Both the position numbers and the translations under genes were made by a program. From contig JAUCBJ010009134.1 of NCBI GenBank assembly GCA_032718475.1, positions 1 to 64,000 on the forward strand: a stretch of DNA of 64,000 bases, written 5' to 3'. Under the pieces are notes generated by a model. The model did not search any database and was not told where the DNA came from. It saw nothing but the letters and a program-made list of their open reading frames with translations. The DNA is from Nemertoderma westbladi. Taxonomy: Eukaryota > Animalia > Xenacoelomorpha. Below, one piece after another: positions 26,025 through 37,284 of this stretch (the first letter of the stretch is position 1; every line of letters starts with the position of its first letter).

Positions 26025-26230
26025 ATGTTCTCTGGTGAAGAGAAAGTTTTTATTGTAAAAACGTATTTTGAAACTAAGTCACCCAAACTGACAGCTAGTG
26101 CATTTGAACAAAAATTTCCAAATCAGCGTCTTCCTAAAAACACTGAAATTTTAAGATTCGTGAAAAAACTTTAATCCAAATTCGGTTTGGCCAGATAAAA
26201 GGGGTCAGGAAGACGCATTCGTGTTTCAAG
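26025..26230 (+). mobile_element. Tc1/mariner-superfamily transposase N-terminal HTH fragment (DUF4817-like)
   Basis: MFSGEEKVFIVKTYFETKS...FEQKFPNQRLP...ILRFVKKL...KGSGRR. Confidence 0.7.
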
Positions 26231-27477
26231 AGATATCATTGAGGCCCATTTTATCCAGAATCCCAAGACAACACTGAAGCAGGCATCTTCCGTTTAATTT
26301 CGGCAGGTTCATCACCAAGACTCTCCAAGGAACCCCCCAGGCAACAACCTGGCTTTCAATCAGCCTCTTCAAGGGTGTAGCCGGAGGTTGTTGAGTAGTG
26401 GCCACTGCCCCAGAACCTCTAAATGGCGAGGCGTATGATTGCGACATTGGCGGTGGGGTCAGTGTTGGAATGGGAGGGGTGGCACGAAATCTCCTCCTCA
26501 TATGGGAGAGGATCTCCCAACACAACTGTAGAACTTGGCATTAATTCCTATATTAAAAGTTTGATAAATCAGTTAATTATTATGATAAAATATTGCAGGG
26601 ATGAGGGATCTTTTCGAAGTGACTGTTGCAGCTATATCTTGATGGAAGGTTCGGTAAAGAGAATTAACGAGTCAATGATGTTGCGTTACGTATAATTAAG
26701 TTTACAGAATCTTTCAATAAATAAAGTTACAATAATATTTCACCCAACAGGGCTTTATCAAATTGCATGGAATCTACTTACAAACAGGGAAGCTACATAC
26801 CACACTACCATACTACTACCTACCCAATCGACTGTTAGCACAATGAACAATGAACCGGTATTTCATAAAGAGGCCTAGCTACTTCGATATCCCTCCCCCC
26901 CCCCCCCCCCCCCCCCCCCTCCCCCCCTCCCGGGTAATTTGTGTCTAATTTTCGGAGTGTAAGCAGATTCAATTCCCTACATCACCCACCGAAAATCGGA
27001 CTAGTGGCATTTTACCAATATAGTTGGCGATGCGAGATTACCAATAATAATCTCGCCTCATAACCAACTGGGGGGGGGGGGGGGGGGGGGGGGCGATACA
27101 CGCCATAAGCCAGAGAGGTGAGAAATCAAACCACCTCAGAGGGACAAACCAGCTAGTGAGGCTAGCAGCAGGGGGTAACACCAATAGGGAGTGGCGAGGC
27201 GAGAATTAATAGTTAAGCCAATAGCTGGCAAGGAATTAGATTGGGAGGATAGGAGCGCATCCATTAGCCCAGCAGCACAGCAACAAAGTGACGCGTACAA
27301 TCTATTCCGGTCGGGATCTCACTGCCAACTTCAGGATCCCATCACATAGATTGAGATAAACTATAACTGTTTAATTATTTTGTATAAAGTATGACTTTTT
27401 GTCGCCTCGTGCGCGATTATGATAGCTAATATGAAAGCTAATAGTTATTACGTGGAAATATGTAGATACCGACACTT

Positions 27478-27580
27478 TAAGGTGTTCTTCGAGCTGGTGA
27501 TCGTTCCAATCGGCAATGAATTTGGTGATTTCTTTATTGGCGCCTATGAAATTCATTCCCTGGTCGGATCTCATAGTTCA
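27478..27580 (-). mobile_element. BEL/Pao integrase micro-fragment
   Basis: RSDQGMNFIGANKEI matches the SDxGTNFVGA integrase motif of BEL/Pao elements. Confidence 0.7.
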
Positions 27581-27589
27581 GTTAGTTCC

Positions 27590-28110
27590 AAATCTACCGA
27601 TCTGTCTCCGGAGACAAAGGATAAAACTTTTCATCGACATGTGAAATCTGCAAGATATGGTTCCTGGTTTAGTAGATCAAAGCTACTAATTCGCCGAACT
27701 CTATTTATAACATACATATTCTTGTATGAGTTGACCTGGAATAATACCTTAAGGATGTTTGACGGTATTCTTGCCCATTCCAATGAAAAAAGCACTGCTA
27801 CATTAGAGACCTTTTCGTAAAGGACTTGATGAACAACGCTGAGATGATGGGTGAGGGTGGGGAGAGTGTTCAAATCAACAAGTCCTATTTCAGTGGTCGG
27901 AGGAAGTATAACAGAGGCCACAAGCTGCCTGGTGACAAATATAAAATACCACCTGCACGAAATAATTACGGGAAGCAAGTGAACATACCATGGGTGTTTG
28001 GAATAGTATGGAAAAAGCCAATGCAAACATTGTGGCCAATATTGGAGGCATATGTAAAAGGTGGAACCTTAATTATGTCAGATGAGCGGGCAGCCTATTC
28101 CAGTTGCCTG
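27590..28110 (+). mobile_element. Merlin (IS1595/ISXO2-like) transposase remnant
   Basis: VQINKSYFSGRRKYNRGH, WVFGI, TLWPILEAYVKGGTLIMSDERAAY. Confidence 0.85.
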
Positions 28111-28792
28111 ATGTTATCAAATGCATGCGACGGATAATATCATTGATGTGCAGCCAAAGTGCTCATATTCTTGCACATGTTTCAAGAATTTCAACTGATT
28201 CTAGAAGGTTACATGTTGAGGAATGCATAGATGATATTGACAATGATACTGATGATTTTAGTGACAACAATGATGTGGAAGATGATAGGTTACCATCACA
28301 GACCAATGAATATGAGAGAACAGATAATGTTGAAGCCAATGAAGACATTTATAATGTTAAGAGTTTAATTCTAGTTCCACCAAAATCAGCATTAAATTCT
28401 TACATTCAACAAAACAATTACTCAAATTGGCCAAATGAAAAAGTTGGTTGCATCGAAAATATTAGTTACTTTGATTATTTGTTATTAGTAAATCGTGTGT
28501 ATATTCATCAGTCAGTCTCTCATAGATATCCATCAGTGCCTCATATTGTTCCTCAAACAAGGCAAGCTCTACAGAATCTGCGCATGGAATCCGTTATCAA
28601 TTATCACAATTATCATTTATTCCATTTACATCCACTGAATTATTTATTTGTAAGGATCTTGCAGAATCCATTAAATGTGGTGAAAGTCATGTAATATGCG
28701 CCAATAAACAATTTCAAGACATATGGGTTAATAATTTGAAAGAGATAATACGTCTTCCAACCATAAATCGTTTAGCAATTATCAATAATCAG

Positions 28793-31330
28793 TTACTACT
28801 ACTACTAGGTCGAGCGAACTCGGACAGTGGAAAGGAGATCCTTCCAGGCTTCCCTATTCTCCATAGTTGTCGCAATTTCGTTTCTCCCAAGTTCAGTATC
28901 CCTTTCAAGTTGATCTATATATGTTATGGCAGGTCGTCCACGACTACGCTTTCCATGAGTTGGTTGCCAGAGAAGTAGATCTGGTATGACCTCGTCTTTA
29001 CTTCGCCAGCAGTGCCCACTGAATCTTAATCTGCGTTCACGGAGGGTGGTTGATACAGGTGGTATTGTACCATAAAGCTCGGCGTTTGTCATGTGTTGTC
29101 TCCAGCTGATGTTTAGGGCTGCCCTTAGTAGTCTTGTGTAGCAACCATCAATTCGTTGTTCAAGTGATTTAGTCAGTGTCCAGGTATCACCCCCGTATAA
29201 AAATACACTTTCCACTGTGGCTCGAAAGAACTTAGTCTTCAGGTGCCTGGAGAGATCTGATTTCCAGATGGTATCCATTTTTGATAGAGCTACCCAAGCC
29301 TTTGCTTTCCTAACTTCTATGTCCTTTTTGCTACTCTCTATCCATGATCCAAGGTACTGGAAGTTATCGACCTTCCTTAGTTGATTATTACCAATGGTTG
29401 TCAAGTTTCCATCAACATTAAAGGTCATGAATTCGGTCTTGGTAGCATTTATATGCAATCCAACCTCCTTAGCAGCCCTCTCCACTTTATTTAGTAGAAG
29501 CTGTGCATCTGCTAGCGTATTAGAGAGCAGGGCGTCTCACCCCCGTATAAAAATACACTTTTCACTGTGGCTCGAAAGAACTTAGTCTTCAGGTGCCTGG
29601 AGAGATCTGATTTCCAGATGGTATCCATTTTTGATAGAGCTACCCAAGCCTTTGCTTTCCTAACTTCTATGTCCTTTTTGCTACTCTCTGTCCATGATCC
29701 AAGGTACTGGAAGTCATCGACCTTCCTTAGTTGATTATTATCAATGGTTGTCAAGTTTCCATCAACATTAAAGGTCATGAATTCGGTCTTGGTAACATTT
29801 ATATGCAATCCAACCTCCTTAGCAGCCCTCTCCACTTTATTTAGTAGAAGCTGTGCATCTGCTAGCGTATTAGAGAGCAGGGCGATGTCATCCGCAAAGT
29901 CGGTGTCTGTGACTGTAGTAGCCGGATATCTACTACTACTTCTGCATTCTTGAAGTGTGAATCCCAGATCTTCACCCTTTATGGCCGTCCTCATTGCGTA
30001 ATCCAGCACAATTACAAATAGTAATGGTGCTAATGTGTCACCTTGCAGTACGCCAGCCAGGATTGAGAAAAACCCAGTTTCACCATCTGGTGAGAGTACC
30101 TGCGCTTCTGTGTCACAATATAACAATCCAATGCCAGCAACAATTACTTCTGGTATTCCATAAGCTCTTAGGATTTCAAGCATTTTACCTCTATGGATGG
30201 AGTCGAATGCCTTCTTGAAGTCTGAAGAACTTGACTGCTTGTTCTGGCTCTGATGCATTGGTTGGACTGTAGCAACATATAACTGTTGTCTTGGGATTCC
30301 CATCAAATGTTGCGATTAGGGTTTTTAAAAAACATCATTTTAAAAATCTGTGATGTTTTAATTGTTTTTTTTGTTTTTTTTAATTTTTTTTTTTGTTTTA
30401 AATGTTTTTTTTGTTTTTTTTTCTAAACAAGGTACATGCACTTGTACATACACTTTTAAAACATGGTGATGTTTTTTAAAAACCCTAGTTGCGATAATAA
30501 CCCTGGAATTTATAGATTCGATGTTGTTTAGGGTCTTAAGTGCAAATGGGCTTAGCAGAATTCCTACTCCACCAATTGATGCATTGGCCGAGTTTCTTAC
30601 TGCTGAGCTTGTTACTAACGTCCATCCATTTCCAATGTCATTGTACTTCATGGCTGTGTCTTCATGACAAATCCGATGTTCTTGGATGCAGATGATGTTG
30701 ATGTTATATTCCATTGCCAGAGCGACCATGTCACCCTGTTTGCTCTGTGCTTTCAGCGTGCGTGCATTCATTGTAGCAATCTTTAGTGTCTCTTTACATT
30801 TCAACAGGTTGGTTCTTCTTTCTTCTCTGTCTTCTGTTCCAGTAGCCAATTTATCGACCCAAGCCTGGTGTACCACTGAGGGACGCTGTCCTTGTTGACC
30901 CAGGCGTTGACTGAGCCAGTATTTATCCTGGAGGGTTCTCATACTCATATCTTTCAGTTGCGGGATTAAACCACTTGTGGTCGCAACTCCTACAAGCGTC
31001 TTTGCAGTAGTTCGCCATTGTTTGATTACCTTCCGCCGACCTTGTCAGCATGTCTAGCTGTTGGTTGATTACCTTCTGCCTATCCATGGCCTACAGCCCT
31101 GCTGCCGACTGTAGGGGTCCATTTGTTACACCCTGAACCAAGTGTGCCTCCTGGGTTAGGTTACCTAATACTGGTAGAGGAGCATCCAGTATAGACAGGG
31201 CGGGGCTTGTATCATCTCTAATGCAGATGCGTATCAAGCCTTTGCCTTCAATGGTGCCCTAGGCGCTATAACCCTCAATGACTTATTTAGTTGACGGGGC
31301 TAAACCAACCCACTCTTGATCAACTAAATA
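28793..31330 (-). mobile_element. RTE-clade LINE, internally deleted and rearranged, with a (TAG)n tail
   Basis: Endonuclease start IATMNARTL...CIQEHR...GVGILLS; RT DFKKAFDS, GVLQGDTLAP, FADD, FQYLGS; C-terminal RRLRFSGHCWR...RSRGRP. The stop codon is the first unit of the TAG repeats at 28793-28807. EN is joined to RT by a deletion near 30225, and ~350 bp is tandemly duplicated (29187-29885). Confidence 0.93.
30317..30487. mobile_element. hAT-type MITE inside the RTE element
   Basis: TIR tagggtttttaaaaaacatca / tgatgttttttaaaaacccta; 8-bp TSD gttgcgat at 30309-30316 and 30488-30495. Second copy at 35211-35380. Confidence 0.93.
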
Positions 31331-34300
31331 ATGAATAGGCTATGCTTATCGATCAGAATTTTAATTGTGTACCCTTGGATTTTGATCATAGTAGTCCAAT
31401 GGACTCTGCTTCAGACAGTTTATTTTACCCAACTGTTGATTTGGATGTAGAGAAAGTTTCTATTAATTTACTTCTTGCTGATGAGATTAATGTTGAGTGA
31501 TTCATTCAATCAGATCAATTATTATCAGTTTTGTTGAAAAGAACAAATGTATTGAGTCTGTTATATATATTACGTTAAAGAAGCAACTTATGATTACATG
31601 CTTAAACGTTGGAAACTCTTATGGTTATCATCAAAGATGTTTAAAGGTAGTCCTAAAAAACCCCGGTCTGATTTCAAATAGTTAAATGCATAACAACAAC
31701 TTGTAGTAGACATGATGACCTTGAATGCAGTAAATGGCAAACTATCAGTTAACCGTTACAGGACTGGGCTATTTTCCGTGCACCAGGACTGGGGGGGGGG
31801 GGTTGGGGTTGATTCCATCCCCTCTCCCATTTTAGCCAATTACAGGCCATTTTTTTTAAAAATTGGTAGTAATGTGAAAAAATAAATACCTAGCTCGTGT
31901 GTGATAAAAAATTTTATTTTCGAGTTTTGGGTAGCACTGAAATGGCACTTTTCGTGCACCCACCAAAAAAAAGAAAATTTCAGTAAAACAAGTCAAAAAG
32001 TCACTTTCGGCCCGGTTTTATGGGTTTTCGACCCCACTGAATCCTACCTGAAGGTCCATATCGTCTCATAATGTTGATTTATGCCATTTTTTAGAAGCAC
32101 CCAAATTTGAAATTATCATGTTGTACCCACTTTTGGGGGACCTGAAATATATCATCCCAATTGTCTGTGATAACTATCTGTTGGTCTAAATCGATTCAGG
32201 ACCTCAAAAATCTTTGAGCACGGAAATTTTATCTTCGGAAATGGATACTATTCGGAAAGTGAAAATTTGAATTTTTATGCCGCACCCACTTTTGTTGAAC
32301 CCTTGAAAAACTCATTTCCTCAATTTCACTCATTTCAAGGTGTTATTTCTGGTTTTTATGTAGCTTCGGCGACTCTAATTCAAACCTGGTTGCCCAATTC
32401 GTGTCATACTGTTGATATATGCCATGTCTCCACCTGTTGTTTGTACTGGTAACTGTTCTCTATACCATTGATAGGCATATTACTGTAGGCCTACCTACTG
32501 TTTATATTTCAGGCCATATTTCGTATTTATATATACTGGTAATTATATAATCTCTACTGCAGTACTGCACTATGAGTGATCCTATTTTGAAGCAGGAGGG
32601 ATTAGATGAACTTCCATTATACAACGAGGCGGAAGAGAGTAGTGACGGCGGCGATGATACTGGTGCTGGTACTACGATCAGTCCAGCTCCAGCCCTCGAT
32701 GCTCTCCCATTAGTACCACCTCCTCGTCCTCAGTCCCATAAACGTCGAGCGGAACCCGTGGCGGCCACGGCTAGTTCTTCCAGAGCTCCTCAGTCGGTAC
32801 CGGTACCCGATCCATCGGTCCCGGTTATTGCAGGGAATAAGGGATGGCGATTGATAAAGAGTTTAGACAATTGTCTAGAACAATCCAATTATGACTCATT
32901 GGATTTGCTGGTGGAACCCAGAAACATTGTGGCCAAGTACAGGAAGAAGGGTTCTGTTACGTGGGGTCCCGGTCTTCCGAGTGGAATAGGAAAGCGGGCA
33001 GCCTGTGATATTGTTATAGGGAAGGCTAGACTTCAAAGCCTCGCTGCGAGAAATGTAACTAGCATTGGGGAGGCCTCGGAATTATTTATCCCTGATAGTT
33101 TATTGGCTACGATAGTTGAGCTGACAAACAGCTGAACGAGTTGTTCCCTCCCTCAGAGGCCCAGGCTGAGAAGCAGCGATATTTCAGAGGGTGTACCACT
33201 GTTGTGGAGATAAAGGCGTTTATAGGTTTATGTTATTTCCGAGGGTTACTTGGGCTAAATCAGCACAGTGTAGAGCTGCTGTATCGGGAGAATGTGGGCC
33301 ATTCTGTGTTCACCTCCACAATGTCCCGTGACCGATGCAAGTGGCTGCACACTGTCATCCGTTTCGATGATGATACTACCCGAAAGAAAAGGTGGGAACA
33401 GGATCGGTTTGCTGCTTTTCGAGATGTCCTTGTCTCTTTCAATACTAACTGCTCTTCAGTTGTCTGCCCGTCTGAGTATTTGTCAGTAGACGAGACGCTC
33501 TATCCTATGAGGTAATTTGTAGTTATAATAAACTGTAATTATTATAATACAATTATAATTTGTAATTATAATTACTGATATAGATATGGTACCATATAAA
33601 TACCGATATATAGGTAGGTATATAAATAGGCTATTTATGAATAATAAATATATATACCGGTATATACATAAAGCAAATATTGTATTTTTATTATTCTAAG
33701 TGTCAGAGTTCAAGTTATGTCAACACTCAAGTATACAGTATATCCCAGTATTCCATTATATTGATAATATTTGGTTATGTATAATATATATATATATATA
33801 TACCGGATTAGTAATGAATACTATTTTGTTCTTTCATAGGCATTCCATCTCCTCGCTGAAGACATAATAAAGTCTATGGTCTATGGCTAAATATGGTATA
33901 AATTTCCGCTCCTTGAACGATGCTCGATTTCCTTTCACATATAGTACAGATCCCTAAGCTGGAAAGCCCCATATCATTGAAGACGGATGTCATTATACTC
34001 AGGGGAATGAGAAGGTAGTTGTTAAATTGGTGGACCATTTGAATTCTCATATTAGAATTGATGGTTGAAATATTATAACCGATCGTTTGTATATGTCAAT
34101 ACAACTCCTGCAGGACCTTTTGGACCGGAATATTACTCTTCTTGGGACCATCATGCCGAATCGCATTGGTTTACCTAAGAGTGTAACTGAAACCGTAGAT
34201 CGCAGTGAACATTCTGTGCATCTCATGAATGTACAGGAACTCAAAGAAAAAAAGGGATATTGTTTAATTTTCGCTGTTCCCTACTGTCTTATGTTGTTCA

Positions 34301-34513
34301 GACAAAGAGTACGGGCAAAAGGTAAGCTATATAATTATCTTATATAATATAACAGTATAACTCATAATATAAAATAATACAATCTACATCATATTTCAAA
34401 TTATTTATTTCTGAATTCTGATTGCCTAAGATTTCGAAACCAAATGTGGTAACTTTATAAACGATGTGTGAATACTGTTGGGTGTGCAAATATACAGTTT
34501 ATACAGGTACCGA

Positions 34514-36873
34514 GGTATCCATTTTTGATAGAGCTACCCAAGCCTTTGCTTTCCTAACTTCTATGTCCTTTTTGCTACTCTCTGTCCATGATCCAAGGTA
34601 CTGGAAGTCATCGACCTTCCTTAGTTGATTATTATCAATGGTTGTCAAGTTTCCATCAACATTAAAGGTCATGAATTCGGTCTTGGTAACATTTATATGC
34701 AATCCAACCTCCTTAGCAGCCCTCTCCACTTTATTTAGTAGAAGCTGTGCATCTGCTAGCGTATTAGAGAGCAGGGCGATGTCATCCGCAAAGTCGGTGT
34801 CTGTGACTGTAGTAGCCGGATATCTACTACTACTTCTGCATTCTTGAAGTGTGAATCCCAGATCTTCACCCTTTATGGCCGTCCTCATTGCGTAATCCAG
34901 CACAATTACAAATAGTAATGGTGCTAATGTGTCACCTTGCAGTACGCCAGCCAGGATTGAGAAAAACCCAGTTTCACCATCTGGTGAGAGTACCTGCGCT
35001 TCTGTGTCACAATATAACAATCCAATGCCAGCAACAATTACTTCTGGTATTCCATAAGCTCTTAGGATTTCAAGCATTTTACCTCTATGGATGGAGTCGA
35101 ATGCCTTCTTGAAGTCTGAAGAACTTGACTGCTTGTTCTGGCTCTGATGCATTGGTTGGACTGTAGCAACATATAACTGTTGTCTTGGGATTCCCATCAA
35201 ATGTTGCGATTAGGGTTTTTAAAAAACATCATTTTAAAAATCTGTGATGTTTTAATTGTTTTTTTGTTTTTTTTAATTTTTTTTTTTGTTTTAAATGTTT
35301 TTTTTGTTTTTTTTTCTAAACAAGGTACATGCACTTGTACATACACTTTTAAAACATGGTGATGTTTTTTAAAAACCCTAGTTGCGATAATAACCCTGGA
35401 ATTTATAGATTCGATGTTGTTTAGGGTCTTAAGTGCAAATGGGCTTAGCAGAATTCCTACTCCACCAATTGATGCATTGGCCGAGTTTCTTACTGCTGAG
35501 CTTGTTACTAACGTCCATCCATTTCCAATGTCATTGTACTTCATGGCTGTGTCTTCATGACAAATCCGATGTTCTTGGATGCAGATGATGTTGATGTTAT
35601 ATTCCATTGCCAGAGCGACCATGTCACCCTGTTTGCTCTGTGCTTTCAGCGTGCGTGCATTCATTGTAGCAATCTTTAGTGTCTCTTTACATTTCAACAG
35701 GTTGGTTCTTCTTTCTTCTCTGTCTTCTGTTCCAGTAGCCAATTTATCGACCCAAGCCTGGTGTACCACTGAGGGACGCTGTCCTTGTTGACCCAGGCGT
35801 TGACTGAGCCAGTATTTATCCTGGAGGGTTCTCATACTCATATCTTTCAGTTGCGGGATTAAACCACTTGTGGTCGCAACTCCTACAAGCGTCTTTGCAG
35901 TAGTTCGCCATTGTTTGATTACCTTCCGCCGACCTTGTCAGCATGTCTAGCTGTTGGTTGATTACCTTCTGCCTATCCATGGCCTACAGCCCTGCTGCCG
36001 ACTGTAGGGGTCCATTTGTTACACCCTGAACCAAGTGTGCCTCCTGGGTTAGGTTACCTAATACTGGTAGAGGAGCATCCAGTATAGACAGGGCGGGGCT
36101 TGTATCATCTCTAATGCAGATGCGTATCAAGCCTTTGCCTTCAATGGTGCCCTAGGCGCTATAACCCTCAATGACTTATTTAGTTGACGGGGCTAAACCA
36201 ACCCACTCTTGATCAACTAAATAATGAATAGGCTATGCTTATCGATCAGAATTTTAATTGTGTACCCTTGGATTTTGATCATAGTAGTCCAATGGACTCT
36301 GCTTCAGACAGTTTATTTTACCCAACTGTTGATTTGGATGTAGAGAAAGTTTCTATTAATTTACTTCTTGCTGATGAGATTAATGTTGAGTGATTCATTC
36401 AATCAGATCAATTATTATCAGTTTTGTTGAAAAGAACAAATGTATTGAGTCTGTTATATATATTACGTTAAAGAAGCAACTTATGATTACATGCTTAAAC
36501 GTTGGAAACTCTTATGGTTATCATCAAAGATGTTTAAAGGTAGTCCTAAAAAACCCCGGTCTGATTTCAAATAGTTAAATGCATAACAACAACTTGTAGT
36601 AGACATGATGACCTTGAATGCAGTAAATGGCAAACTATCAGTTAACCGTTACAGGACTGGGCTATTTTCCGTGCACCAGGACTGGGGGGGGGGGTTGGGG
36701 TTGATTCCATCCCCTCTCCCATTTTAGCCAATTACAGGCCATTTTTTTTAAAAATTGGTAGTAATGTGAAAAAATAAATACCTAGCTCGTGTGTGATAAA
36801 AAATTTTATTTTCGAGTTTTGGGTAGCACTGAAATGGCACTTTTCGTGCACCCACCAAAAAAAAGAAAATTTC
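34514..36873 (+). repeat. Near-identical direct duplicate of 29620-31982, ending at the assembly gap
   Basis: Constant offset of 4893-4894 bp; identical ORFs (e.g. 31497-31685 and 36390-36578); only a homopolymer-length difference noticed. Confidence 0.95.
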
Positions 36874-36973
36874 NNNNNNNNNNNNNNNNNNNNNNNNNNN
36901 NNNNNNNNNNNNNNNNNNNNNNNNNNNNNNNNNNNNNNNNNNNNNNNNNNNNNNNNNNNNNNNNNNNNNNNNN
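36874..36973. other. Assembly gap (100 N)
   Basis: Run of N characters. Confidence 1.
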
Positions 36974-37284
36974 CGAGTACAAATGTACATATAAATAAGT
37001 ACTTACAAAAACTTTTTGTATACTTTACAGAAATGTACTCATGCTTACGTCTCTTCAACCACTTCTTGGGAGAACCAAGGATGATGGCAAAAACAAACCG
37101 GCCATTACAAGCTGTACGATTTTACCAAGGGAGGAACTGATATTGTGGATCAGAGAATTGAGTACTATACCACGAAAGCTAAGTCAAACAGCTGGACTAT
37201 GGTCACTCCCTACTTCGTTTTAGACACGGCTAGAGTGAATGCTGCTACGGTTTTAGCACTAGCCACAAAGATTGACACAGCAAA

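Noticed and set aside
28104-28694. 196-aa acidic ORF as a host gene
   Set aside because: Non-ATG start, low complexity, no recognisable domain, and flanked by TE fragments.
36732-37140. ORFs spanning the N run
   Set aside because: Artefacts of translating through the assembly gap.
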